Source: Eledone cirrhosa
Lineage: Eukaryota
Assembly: GCA_964016885.1 (NCBI GenBank)
Contig: OZ024740.1
Span: 49,848,001-49,912,000, forward strand
Direction of reading: 5' to 3'
DNA length: 64,000 nt
Both the position numbers and the translations under genes were made by a program. This document shows, in pieces, positions 26,228-38,775 of this stretch; the stretch's first letter is position 1; each line of letters opens with the position of its first letter. The notes below the pieces were generated by a model that was not told the origin of the DNA, made no database searches, and saw only the letters and a program-made list of their open reading frames with translations.

Positions 26228-29200
26228 GGGTGGATATATATCGTTATGGAATCGCTCCCGTAAGTTTTTGGTTTTTACTTATTTAAAACAACTGTGATAG
26301 AATAATTCTTATTACAAATGAAATACAAGATTACAGTTTTGGCCCTCAGCAGGCGACAACGCATCACATTACGGCATAGGGCCCCAATATTTAATTTTGG
26401 ATCAGAAATGTTATAGTCGAAAAAGAAAAAAATGGCTAAGTGGACAGACAGGCAAATAATTTCACCACTAACACCACCACCGCCACCATTACCACTACCA
26501 CGCCAAAAACTCTAGTCAAGTTACCTCAACTTCTATTTCAACTTCAACACCATCACTACAGTACTACGATCATATCACCACCACCACTGCCTCATTATCG
26601 CTACCGCCGCTATTCTCTCCCACTACCTCCTGCTAAGTACTACTAGCACATCACCACCACTGCCTCATTATCGCTACCGCCGCTATTCTCTCCCACTACC
26701 TCCTGCTAAGACAGGCATCATAGTATTCCCACTAAATGAGGAAGGCATCAAAAAATATAAAGAGACTAATTTCATGACCCGGTCAAAAAATCAAAAAATC
26801 AAAAATCAAAATCAAAACAGCACAGCAGCAACGAAAAATGTAAAGAAAAGGAAAAAGAAAAGAAAAACAGACAGAAAGACAAGCAAAAAAACTAAGTCAG
26901 ACATTCAAACATTACATTACAATGAAACTTATGCTTATTTTTTAGGTTTTTACCTATTTATTTGTTTATTTATTTATGTTCGTCTACAGCGTGATAGTGC
27001 CACGCTAAAATCACCGGGGGTGATCAAATCACTGGGGGTGATGAAATCACCGGTGGTTATATAACCATACATTCACCAATCCTCGATATGAGTGTTTAAA
27101 TGTCGAACCTAAACAGTTCGAATAACGGTGAAGTGGAGACTGGAATTTCATGTGACAGATTCTCAACCAACAGGTGCTCCCTGGCCCAGCAGCAGGGACC
27201 TGGCTGTCATCCAAATACTGCTGGTGTTGGAAGAAGAAGAAGAAGAAGAAGAAGAAGAAGAAGAAGAAGAAGAAGAAGAAGAAGAAGAAGAGGGACCAGA
27301 ACCAACTGGACGAAAGAATTGAATAGAACTATTATACAATGTTACCTGAAGAATAACCCCAAGGAAAAAGGCTATAGGAAACGGATGCATAGCATCTGGA
27401 ACGAGATGGGTCTATTTAAATTAGATGAACAAAAATTGGCCGGGCAGGCTCGGGTAATAAGAACTAATGGGTGGATAAGCGAACTGGAACTGGAGGAACT
27501 CAGCAGAGAGATTAGATTGGAAATGGAGAGTGGAGTATGCCAGGCAAACTAGCCAGTGGGAGATGAAGGTGAAGAGGTTGAGAGAACGGAGGAAGCATCC
27601 GAAGCAGACAATGATCTGAATGCTGAAATAAATAATACCTGGAACAAAGATACGGCCATTGAAGAAATGAATGCTGACGGGCTAGGACAACATTTGGTTG
27701 ATATCCTAAACTTAGTGGTAGATGAAATGAACAATGATAGTGGGAAACCTATGAACCTAAGATTTGTAGACAGGAAAAAGTTAAAAGAAACAACAGCTAA
27801 GGTAAGCAAAGTCATCCCATACCTTGAGGCGAGGAACCTTCACCAGTGCAACAATATCCTCAAAGCAACAGCAAATGCGGTGAGGAAATTACTTGGCATA
27901 AAAGCGAGAGGAAACAACAAACAAGAAAGATCAGAACCTTGGTGGAAGAAACGACTGAATGGTCAAATCAGGGAAATGAGAAATGACATTGGAAAGCTTG
28001 AGTCCCTACTGAATGGAACACTACAAAACATAGACACTAAAAATGGACTGGAAATAAGTACAAAACTAGGAGGAAAAAGCTAAATATTATCATAGAGGAA
28101 CTGAAGCAACGCATTGTAGCAAAGAGTGCAAAGATTAGGCGATACGAGAGCAGAGTCAGTCAGTATAGACAGAACCGCATGTTTGACAACAACCAGAAGA
28201 TGTTGTTTGGACAGCTTGAAGGGAAAGAAAGAGGCAACGACTTGATCCCTGAGGCGGAACAAACTAAGACATTCTGGAGAGGAATATGGGAGCAGGGTGT
28301 TGAACATAATGATCTGGAAGTGTGGATTGAGACAGTACAAAAGGAGATTAGTGAACAAGCACACCAACAAACTGATTTGAGTATCACAGTTGAAACTCTT
28401 AAGGGGCAGGCCAGAAAACTAACCAACTGGAAATCACCAGGGCCCAGATGGTGTGCAGGGGTATTGGATTAAAAATATAACATCCCTCCACCCGAAACTG
28501 ACAACCATGTTCAATGACTGCTTGATGTCAGGTGAGGTACCAGAGTTGTTGACAAAAGGTACCACAGTTCTGGTAATGAAAGACCGAATCAAGGGTAAAG
28601 ATGTTACCAACTATAGACCTATCACATGTCTGTCCGTAATGTGGAAACTGTTAACAAGCATTGTGTCTGAGGAAATCTACCATCACCTCCACATAAACAA
28701 CTTGTTACCGAACGAACAGAAAGGATGCTGAAAGAAGTCCCGTGGTACAAAGGACCAGTTACTTATTGATAAGATGGTAATGAGGAATTGCAGGAGGAGA
28801 CACACTAGTCTTGCCATGGGACGGATAGACTACAAAAAGGCATTCGACATGGTACCTCATTCTTGGATAACCAAAAGCCTAGAGATCTTCAGGGTGGCAG
28901 ATAACATCAGACAGTTGTTGATTAAAAGTATGAAGTCCTGGAAAACAGAGTTAACATCGGGCGGAGAATCCTTGGGAGGCGTGAGGATCAAGAGAGGTAT
29001 CTTCCAGGGAGATAGTTTGTCCCCTCTGTTGTTTGTCCTTGCCCATTATACTGCGAAAAGTGAGAGCAGGATACAAGTTGGGAAAGGGAGAGCTTACCAT
29101 CAATCACCTCCTCTTCATGGACGATCTTAAGCTCTTCGGGAAGAGTGAGAGGGAGTTGGATGTGCTTGTTGACACTGTCCGTATTTTCAGCAATGATATA

Positions 29201-30351
29201 TGTATGCAATTTGGTATTAGTAAGTGTGGAGTCCTTGTGATGAAGAGGGTAAATTGAGCAGAAGCAACGGAATCCAGGTACCAACAGGTGAGACGATAAA
29301 GGAAATTGATGCTGAAGAGGGTTACAAATATTTAGGTGTTCTGGAGGCTGATGACATCAAGATAAAAAAAATAGAGGACTGTGTTCAAATGGAGAAAAAC
29401 AACCTACACAAATACGTGACTGATAGTAGGGAGCCAATGCTCAGAATTGTACTGAAGGAGAGGACAATAGGCCAGGGGATGTCCAAGGAGGAAATAACAA
29501 GGAGAAAGAGCAACCTTCATGAAAAATCATTTCATAGTGCCTTCTTTGAGAAAACTTAATTTAGAGATCCACAGACATGGAACTGGTTGAAAAGAGGAGA
29601 CCTTAAAAAGGCTACAGAGGAATGCTAATGGCTGAGTAAGAGCAGGCCCCCAAAACGAAGTGGCTGAAACAGCATATTTACAAAGAGGAGGCTAGCCCAC
29701 TGTGTAGGATCTGTGGAGAGAGAGAGGAGACTGTGGCTCACATTGTATCAGAGTGTAAACACCTAGCCCAGACTCACTATAAAGGCTGGAGACATGATGT
29801 GATGGGCAGGGTGATCCACTGGCACCTATGCAAAGTAAACAATTTACCACATTCTGAGAAGTGCTTTGGACATAAGCCAGAGTCAGTGATGGAAAACGAT
29901 CAGGTGAAGCTGCTGTGGGATTTTAGGATACAGACGGACAAGAAACTGGAACACAATAGAGCTGACCTGGTGGTTTTGGACAAGGGAAAAGATCGTGCCT
30001 GATTGTGGATGTAGCCTGCCCATTCGACACGAGAGTGCAAGAGAAGGAGAGGGAGAAAATTAACCGATACCAGGACTTAAAGTGGGAGGTAAAAAGGATT
30101 TGGAACTGCTATGAGGTCAAAGTGGTCCCGATAGTCATAGGCGCACTAGGTACTATCTCAAAGAGTTTCCAAGGGTGGTTAAAGAAAATTGGTCCCGCCC
30201 CGCTTTTTGGAACACTTCAAAAGGCATGCTTGCTGGGAACAGCAAGAACCCTCCGACACGTCCTGAATATCTGAGGCTGCAGGCAGTGGCTTGATATTCA
30301 TTTCAACAAACTTTCCAGTTAAATAACATCAATGACTGAGACTCAAAGAAC
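26228..30351 (+). mobile_element. R4/Dong-clade RLE non-LTR retrotransposon B, tandem behind A, with (TAA)n tail
   Basis: Starts immediately after A's TAA tail and ends at (TAA)n 30352-30379. Confidence 0.88.
27100..30274 (+). pseudogene. RT-RLE ORF of element B (many stops/frameshifts, internal deletion)
   Basis: NWTKELNRTIIQCY..YRKRMHSIW..EQKLAGQAR; NYRPITCL; DYKKAFD; [13 protein letters not shown]; FMDDLKL; CRIC..ETVAHIVSEC; RHD; RADLVV..DVACP..K..RY. (GAA)n at 27230-27290. Confidence 0.9.
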
Positions 30352-31026
30352 AATAATAATAATAATAATATTAATAATAGTCTTATTACTATTTTCGTAA
30401 GTTATCAGCCATTAACCAGTTATATATATCAATAGTGAATATTTATTCTAGCCCATATCTCTTTTTAAAAAATCATTTTAACTTATTCCAAAGAATTCAG
30501 AGAAAAACATCACATGCAATCTTTCATAAACCGAAGAAATATATCGATATTTTATTGATTATTTTTGTATCAACACTCAATTACAGATATTTAGGTTTGA
30601 AAAATGTAATGCACGTAATCAAAAGGAAACACATGAGAAAAACAGTCCTATAGTTAAATATGAGAGAACGATAAAGAGAAGGGAGTGTGAGAAGATGAGG
30701 AAGATTCTATTTCCCTTCACATATACAGATCTAGAAGCACAAAGTCTGGAGGTTCTCATATAATGCATTCGATTCCATATATTTATTGATTTATATAGCA
30801 CAAATAACGTTTGGACTGATTGATTCTTTGCGTTTGCGCATTAGCTTTAATCTGATATGTTGATACTGTAATTACGATGTCGGTGAACCAGAGTTCCTAA
30901 TTATATGGAATAGGATTGTTTAGCTAGAAATATATTAATGGATAGAGAGGTAGATACACAGATAGATACATACACACATATACATAAATACATACATGCA
31001 CACCATACACATGCATACATACATAC

Positions 31027-31483
31027 ATGATGGCTGCCAACTCGTTTTCGAGTACGGCCACTACTTTATATCCATGTAGGAGGACCCCTACCGATGCGCT
31101 GAACGAGTGTGACTTTTTAGTCCAGCCAGCGACTTGAAAACTCTGGTACAAACACTACACTTGTGACAATTATTGACACATAGTGCTGGGCCCATGGTAC
31201 CATGTGACGACAAGTGCAGAGATCTCCAGATATAAAGCAATGCCTGTGCCGTGAAGCTTTTATAGTGAGCAAAGACACTGCACAAAGCCAGTCCCACTCT
31301 CTTAACCAAGATGATATTTACCAAAAAGAAGAACAAGTCAACATCATTGGATACCATCAGGGTTGCCGGTGTATATCAGAGTTTTCCTTCTCCTAGAATT
31401 CTGCCTTGACAAAGGCTAAGGCGTCATCTCTCCCGGTAATTTTGGATGGCCATTGACTCTTAAGAGCTCCTTTGCCCTTTGAC
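31027..31483 (-). mobile_element. RTE-derived non-autonomous element X, 5'-truncated copy 1
   Basis: Near-identical to the full copy at 33100-33712; 3' end GAGTTGGCAGCCATCAT-(GTAT)n. Confidence 0.85.
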
Positions 31484-31531
31484 ATACATACATACATACA
31501 TACATACATACATACATACATACATACATAC

Positions 31532-31990
31532 ATGGTGGCTGCCAACTCGTTTTCGAGTACGGCCATTACTTTATATCCATGTAGGAGAACCCCTACCGAT
31601 GCGCTGAACGAGTGTAACTTTTTAGTCCAGCCAGCGACTTGAAAACTCTGGTACAAACACTACACTTGTGACAATTATTGACACATAGTGCTGGGCCCAT
31701 GGTACCATGTGACGACAAGAGCAGAGAGATCTCCAGATATAAAGCAATGCCTGTGCCGTGAAGCTTTTATAGTGAGCAAAGGCACTGCACAAAGCCAGTC
31801 CCACTCTCTTAACCAAGATGATATTTACCAAAAAGAAGAACAAGTCAACATCATTGGATACCATCTGGGTTGCAGGTGTTATATCAGATTTTTCCTTCTC
31901 CTAGAATTCTGCCTTGACAAAGGCTAAGGGGTCATCTCTCCCGGTGATTTTGGATGGCCATTGACTCTTAAATACTCCTTTGCCCTTTCA
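31532..31990 (-). mobile_element. Element X, 5'-truncated copy 2
   Basis: Same sequence as copy 1 and truncated at the same position. Confidence 0.85.
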
Positions 31991-32075
31991 CATACATACA
32001 TACATACATACATACATACATACATACATACATACATACATACATACATACATACATACATACATACATACATAC

Positions 32076-32382
32076 ATGGAGGCTGCCAACTCATTTTCGA
32101 GTACGGTCACTACTTTATATCCATGTAGGAGAACCCCTACCGATGCGCTGAACGAGTGTGACTTTTAGTCCAGCCAGCAACTTGAAAACTCTGGAACAAA
32201 CACTACACTTGTGACAATTATTGACACATAGTGCTGGGCCCATGGTACCATGTGACGACAAGTGCAGAGAGATCTCCAGATATAAAGCAATTCCTGTGCG
32301 TGAAGCTTTTATAGTGAGCAAAGGCACTGCACAAAGCCAGTCCCACTCTCTTAACCAAGATGATATTTACCAAAAAGAAGAA
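32076..32382 (-). mobile_element. Element X, 5'-truncated copy 3
   Basis: Same sequence, embedded in (TACA)n. Confidence 0.85.
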
Positions 32383-32424
32383 CATACATACATACGTACA
32401 CGTATACGTACATACATACATACA

Positions 32425-33064
32425 TGATGGATGCCCCCTCGTTATCGAGTATGGCCATTGCACGAGAAAAAAAATATATATATATTAATAACAATAATAA
32501 TAATAATAACAACAATAATAATAACGACAACAACAACAATAATAATATACATATATATATATACACACACACGCACACACACAAACATATCTATACACAC
32601 ACACGATAGCAACTAACAGCGCTGCGATCGAATGTGGCTTTTTAGCCCTGCGAATGATCTAAAATGTCTTGCAGAGAGTCGGCAACCAAAACATTCACTG
32701 GGAATAGTCGGCTGTGGTTGGAGTTCATGTACTTTTGCATGTCGTTTGAGCCCTCCTGCTGATTTACATTCTCTACCACATGTTTGGCAAGCATGATGAA
32801 TAGCATCTCCAACAGCAGCCTGGCAGTCAACCACTGGTCTTACTTTATGATTGCGAAGATGACTTTCGAGTCCAGCTTTGCTTAGGCAGAGTCTCACACA
32901 GACGCTGCATGTCAGCACCATAGGAGGATCTTCGCCGTCTGGAAGTGCAACAGCAATGCCCTTCCTCACATCCCGCTTTACTTTCTCGTATGCGATTCGA
33001 GATGCCTCAAAGGCAACTTTTCCCTCATTTAGAGTATTTCTCCATTTATTACGATCAGCAGCAA
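32425..33064 (-). mobile_element. RTE LINE 3' fragment with three C2H2-like zinc fingers
   Basis: AADRNKWRNTLNEG..CSVC..LESHLRNH..CQTC..LKRHAKVH..(C)RLS..LKSHIRS. RTE-type terminus CTCGATAACGAGGGGGCATCCATCAT-(GTAT)n at 32425-32460. Confidence 0.8.
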
Positions 33065-33099
33065 TGCATGCATACAACCATACATACATACATACATAC

Positions 33100-33712
33100 A
33101 TGGTGGTGGCTGCCAACTCGTTTTTGAGTATGGCCACTACTTTATATCCATGTAGGAGAACCCCTACCGATGCGCTGAACGAGTGTGACTTTTTAGTCCA
33201 GCCAGCGACTTGAAAACTCTGGTACAGACACTACACTTGTGACAATTATTGACACATAGTGCTGGGCCCATGGTACCATGTGACGACAAGTGCAGAGAGA
33301 TCTCCAGATATAAAGCAATGCCTGTGCCGTGAAGCTTTTATAGTGAGCAAAGGCACTGCACAAAGCCAGTCCCACTCTCTTGACCAAGATGATATTTACC
33401 AAAAAGAAGAACAAGTCAACATCATTGGATACCATCAGGGTTGCAGGTGTTATATCAGAGTTTTCCTTCTCCTAGAATTCTGCCTTGACAAAGGCTAAGG
33501 GGTCATCTCTCCCGGTGATTTTGGATGGCCATTGACTCTTAAGAGCTCCTTTGCCCTTTGACAGGTTTTGTTTTTAGTCCTGCAGGATGTTCAAAGTCAC
33601 CCTCCTCACCAAGAAACCTTGGTGGGGTTGCCAGTTTAGTCGCAAACGACCCGACCATGGGACAGGTTGTACTGGGATACATGTTACCAGTAGCACCAAC
33701 TGGTGACCTGAC
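33100..33712 (-). mobile_element. Element X, full-length copy (~610 bp)
   Basis: The same 5' end GTCAGGTCACC occurs in three copies; (GTAT)n tail. Confidence 0.88.
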
Positions 33713-34165
33713 ATATACATATATATATATATACATATATACATATACATATACATATATATATATATACATATATACATATACATATACATATATATAT
33801 ATATACATACACACATATATACATATACATATATACACATATATACACATATACATACATATATATACATATATATACACATATATATACATATACACAC
33901 ATATACATATACATACATACACATACATATATATACACATATATATATACATATATATACACACATATACATATATATATACATATACATACACACATAT
34001 ACACATATACACATACATATACATATATATACATATATATACATACATTCATACACATACACATACATTTATATATATATATATATACATATACACATAC
34101 ACACATACATACACACATATATACACATACATATACACACACACATACATACACATATACATACA

Positions 34166-34205
<40 letters not shown>

Positions 34206-34210
34206 CATAC

Positions 34211-34827
34211 ATGGTGGCTGCCAACTCGTTTTCGAGTACGGCCACTACCTTATATCCATGTAGGAGAACCCCTACCAATGCGCTGAACGAGTGTGACTTT
34301 TTAGTCCAGCCAGCGACTTGAAAACTCTGGTACAAACACTACACTTGTGACAATTATAGACACATAGTGCTGGGCCCATGGTACCATGTAACGACAAGTG
34401 CAGAGAGATCAGAGATCTCCAGATATCAAGCAATGCCTGTGCCGTGAAGCTTTTATAGTGAGCAAAGGCACTGCACAAAGCCAGTCCCACTCTCTTAACC
34501 AAGATAATATTTACCAAAAAGAAGAACAAGTCAACATCATTGGATACCATCAGGGTTGCAGGTGTTATATCAGAGTTTTCCTTCTCCTAGAATTCTGCCT
34601 TGACAAAGGCTAAGGGGTCATCTCTCCCAGTGATTTTGGATGGCCATTGACTCTAAAGAGCTCCTTTGCCCTTTGACAGGTTTTGTTTTTAGTCCTGCAG
34701 GATGTCCAAAATCACCCTCCTCACCAAGAAACCTTGGTGGGGTTGCCAGTTTAGTCGCCAACGACCCGACCATGGGACAGGTTGTACTGGGATACATGTT
34801 ACCAGTAGCACCAACTGGTGACCTGAC
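34211..34827 (-). mobile_element. Element X, full-length copy
   Basis: Same ends as 33100-33712. Confidence 0.88.
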
Positions 34828-34894
34828 ACATACATACATACACATATACATACATACACATATACATACATATACACATACATACATATATATC

Positions 34895-35176
34895 TATCTA
34901 TCTAAGGCGGGTAAAATTCCCGAGATCCATGGACGAGTTCTCTCCAGCGGTCTCTGTCCCTCATTATCGCTGCCATATCCTGTATCTCCAACAGACCGGT
35001 GTCTGTCCTTAGGGCAACAACATATGTTAACCTTGGTCTTCCTCTTCTAGTGTGTCCATGTAGGGGCTCCCAAAGGAGTTCTTTGAGATACTGGCTGGAG
35101 TGCTCCAGGGAGATACATTGACTCCCTACCTTTTTATCATCGTAGTGGACTATTGTATGCGCCTTGCACTGGAGAT
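34895..35176. mobile_element. RTE/RTEX LINE fragment with 5' inversion
   Basis: Minus strand: [31 protein letters not shown]-stop plus (TAGA)n tail. Plus strand: [25 protein letters not shown] (RT motif). Confidence 0.8.
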
Positions 35177-35178
35177 AC

Positions 35179-35209
<31 letters not shown>

Positions 35210-35329
35210 CACATACATACATATATATATACATACATATACACACATACACATACATATATACATACATATACATATACATACATACATATATATATAC
35301 ATACACACATACATAGACACATACATACA

Positions 35330-35361
<32 letters not shown>

Positions 35362-35392
35362 CATACACATATACATACATATACATGTAATT

Positions 35393-35783
35393 AACCTTTG
35401 TCAAGGCAGAATTCTAGGAGAAGGAAAACTCTGATATAACACCTGCAACCCTGATGGTATCCAATGATGTTGACTTGTTCTTTTTGGTAAATATCATCTT
35501 GGTCAAGAGAGTGGGACTGGCTTTGTGCAGTGCCTTTGCTCACTATAAAAGCTTCACGGCACAGGCATTGCTTTATATCTGGAGATCTCTCTGCACTTGT
35601 CGTCACATGGTACCATGGGCCCAGCACTATGTGTCAATAATTGTCACAAGTGTAGTGTTTGTACCAGAGTTTTCAAGTCGCTGGCTGGACTAAAAAGTCA
35701 CACTCGTTCAGCGCATCGGTAGGGGTTCTCCTACATGGATATAAAGTAGTGGCCGTACTCGAAAACGAGTTGGCAGCCACCAT
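35393..35783 (+). mobile_element. Element X, 5'-truncated copy in the opposite orientation
   Basis: Reverse complement of the other copies; followed by TA/(TATG)-type repeats. Confidence 0.85.
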
Positions 35784-35900
35784 ATATATATATGTATGTA
35801 TATATGTATGTGTGTATATGTATATGTATGTATATGTGTATGTATGTATATATACATACATACATACATACATACATACATACATACATACATACATACA

Positions 35901-35934
<34 letters not shown>

Positions 35935-35935
35935 C

Positions 35936-36510
35936 GTTCCAGTAAAAACCCCAATAATATGCAGGCATAACAGACCAGATATTATGATATGGGACAGGGA
36001 GAAGAAAGCATGCACAGTAGTGGAAATTAGCTGCCCAGCAGATGCCAATATAATATCAAAGATTAGTGAAAAGTAGAATATTTATGCAGAGCTGATGAGA
36101 AATCTGCAGATACTCCACCCTGATTACACCTTCAGATTTATGCCTGTGATTTTGGGGGTACTGGGATATGTTAATAACTGCCTCAATACAAATTTTGAGA
36201 AGCTAGGCTTCACAGGAACAGAAAGAACACAACTAGTTAGGAAATTACAAGTACAATTCATTAATGGAACAGTAAAAATATGTAAAACATTCCAAAAATG
36301 TTGCATCTAATAACTGCATATACACATGTACAGATACAAAGCATATACACATGCACACATACAACTCAAAACACATGCATGCATGCAGACATACATACAT
36401 ATCTACCTAGTTGATGTTGTGTAAATTCCAATGAGAGAGTCTTGTGTCTATGTTAGAAACCGACTCTCTCTCTATTGGTAAAACTTTGTGAAAATATAAA
36501 ACCAGAAGAA
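35936..36510 (+). mobile_element. RLE non-LTR element (family C1) 3' end with (CATA)n tail
   Basis: HNRPDIMIWD..VVEISCP..LG.LG..GTVKICKTF; 3' UTR ends ATAAAACCAGAAGAA-(CATA)n. Confidence 0.85.
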
Positions 36511-36607
36511 CATACATACATACATACATACATACATACATACATACATACATACATACATACATACATACATACATACATACATACATACATACATACA
36601 TACATAC

Positions 36608-37281
36608 TCCGTAGAAAAGGTAGCCCCGATAATAAACACATTAAAAGCTACAGCAATGTGGATGATATCCATAATATGAAAGAGTACTGGTGGAATGTTC
36701 CAGTAAAAACCCCAATAAAATGCAGGCATAACAGACCAGATATTATGATATGGGACAGGGAGAAGAAAGCATGCACAGTAGTGGAAATTATCTGCCCAGC
36801 AGATGCCAATATAATATCAAAGATTAGTGAAAAGGAGAATATTTCTGCAGAACTGATGAGAAATCTGCAGATACTCCACTCTGATTATACTTTCAGATTT
36901 ATGTCTGTGATTATTGGGTGACTGGGATATGTAAATAACTGCCTCAATGCAAATCTTGAGAAGCTAGGCTTCACAGGAACAGAAAGAACAGAACTAGTTA
37001 GGAAATTACAAGTACAATCCATTAATGGAACAGTAAAAATATGTAAAGCATTCCAAAACTTTTGCATCTAATAACTGCATATACACATGTACAGATGTAA
37101 CTCAAAACATACACATCCACACATACAATAACATCCATACCTGCACACACATGCACGCATGCAGACATACATATCTAACTAGATGATGCCTAAATTCCAA
37201 TGAAAGAGTCTTGTGTCTGTGTTAGAAACCGACTCTCTCTCTATTGGTAAAACAATTTGTGAAATTATAAAACCAGAAGAA
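36608..37281 (+). mobile_element. RLE family C1 3' end, second copy
   Basis: EYWWNVPVKT..HNRPDIMIWD; same 3' UTR and CATA tail. Confidence 0.85.
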
Positions 37282-37291
37282 CATACATATA

Positions 37292-38659
37292 TTGGTGATT
37301 GCTTCAACCTTGCAAATGATTGCCTTCTCTCCATGCACCCCCATCAACCGTCACCAACGCCAAACGTCCGTTCATGGCCTCGTAAATGGCTTTTAAGTCC
37401 AGCATTCGATTTGCATGGTCTGCAGCAAATGTGACAAACAAAGTATGTGCCCTCTATTGGATTGATTGGGTCAGTTTACGGGATGTCATTCTTATGTACC
37501 CTCATATGCCTTTTAAGATTTGCAGATCTTTTTGCACACAACACATGTTGTTTCACCTAATATTGAAGGGATAGAGCTGCATACAGTTGGCTTTTTAGGT
37601 GATTTTAAATAAGTGACGTACCCAGATTTAGAGAGAGTGGACGACCTCACAGTTCACAACTCCAGCTCCCTATGTTGCCATACTGTGGCCTTTTCGAAGC
37701 TGACGTTTAAGTTTTTCATGGTGAAGACGTCTCTTTTCAAACATTCTGCAGCCTTCCTTCACATGACCTCTCCATTTACCCCTCTTTAAAGCAAGCACTT
37801 CCCAGTTATGAACTTCAAACTGTAGATCTTTAAGGTTGTTTATTATGCAATCCTTATATCTTTTTCTTGGTTTGTGCTGAGGGCGTTTCTCAGTGTGCAA
37901 TAGACTGTAAAATATTTGTTTTGGGAGTCTTTCTTCATTCATGCGCACAACATGGCCTACCCAACGTATTTGAGAGGATATGATGGTAGATTCAATGCTC
38001 GTGCCACCAGCATCAATAAGGATTTGTGTGTCAGGTATTTTTTGTTGCCATTACAAGTTCAGGATTCGTCTTAAACGCCTTTGATTAAAGTGTTCAAGCA
38101 AATTAAGGTGTCTACGATGTACTGTCCACGTTTCCGAAGAGTACAACAGAGCACTCAGAAGCAGGCCTTGTACACTAATCATGGTCTTGATATTGATGCC
38201 ATGATCCGCCCACACTCTCTTTTCAAGCTTTCCAAAGACTACAGAGGCCTTCTGAACGCGCAGGTGTATTTCTGCATCCAGTAAACCATCCCTCGATAAT
38301 GCACTATCCAGGTAAACAAAAGTGTCAACTACACCCAACCTAGTTCCATGCACCATTATATTTGGCTCAATATGTGTATCCCTTAGTGATGGAGTGAACA
38401 TTACTTTAGTGTTTTTTAGATTAATTTTCATGCCAAAAGCATTACAAGAAGCTGCAAAACAATCCATGATGTATTGCATGTCATCTTGAGAGTGTGACAG
38501 ACAGTCAACATCGTCTGCATACAGGAGTTCTCTAATTAATATTTGAAACACCGTGGATTTGAAATTGAACCTTCTTAGGTCAAAGATCCTTCCTGAAGAT
38601 CTAACTTGCAATAGAACATCCTTTGCAGTCCTGGAATGCATGAATCAGCATCACAGCAA
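37292..38659 (-). mobile_element. RTE (BovB-like) LINE, 5'-truncated, with RT C-terminal half and 3' end
   Basis: IRELLYADD..GMKINLKNTKVM..FVYL..LLYSSETW; RMNEERLPKQIFY..RKRYKD; terminus GAAGCAATCACCAA-TATATGTATG. Confidence 0.85.
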
Positions 38660-38775
38660 TATACATATATACATATATACACACATACATGCATACATAC
38701 ATACATGAATACATACATACATACATACATACATACATACATACATACATACATACATACATACATACATACATA

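Noticed and set aside
27128-27322. Poly-Glu / poly-Arg / poly-Ser ORFs
   Set aside because: A (GAA)n expansion inside element B's N-terminal region, not a separate gene.
31027-35783. CRISPR-like or tandem gene-family interpretation of the repeated units and their 80-aa MVSNDVD ORF
   Set aside because: Units are 5'-truncated with fixed 3' ends, as expected of retroposons. The ORF is frameshifted between copies, and the spacers are microsatellites.
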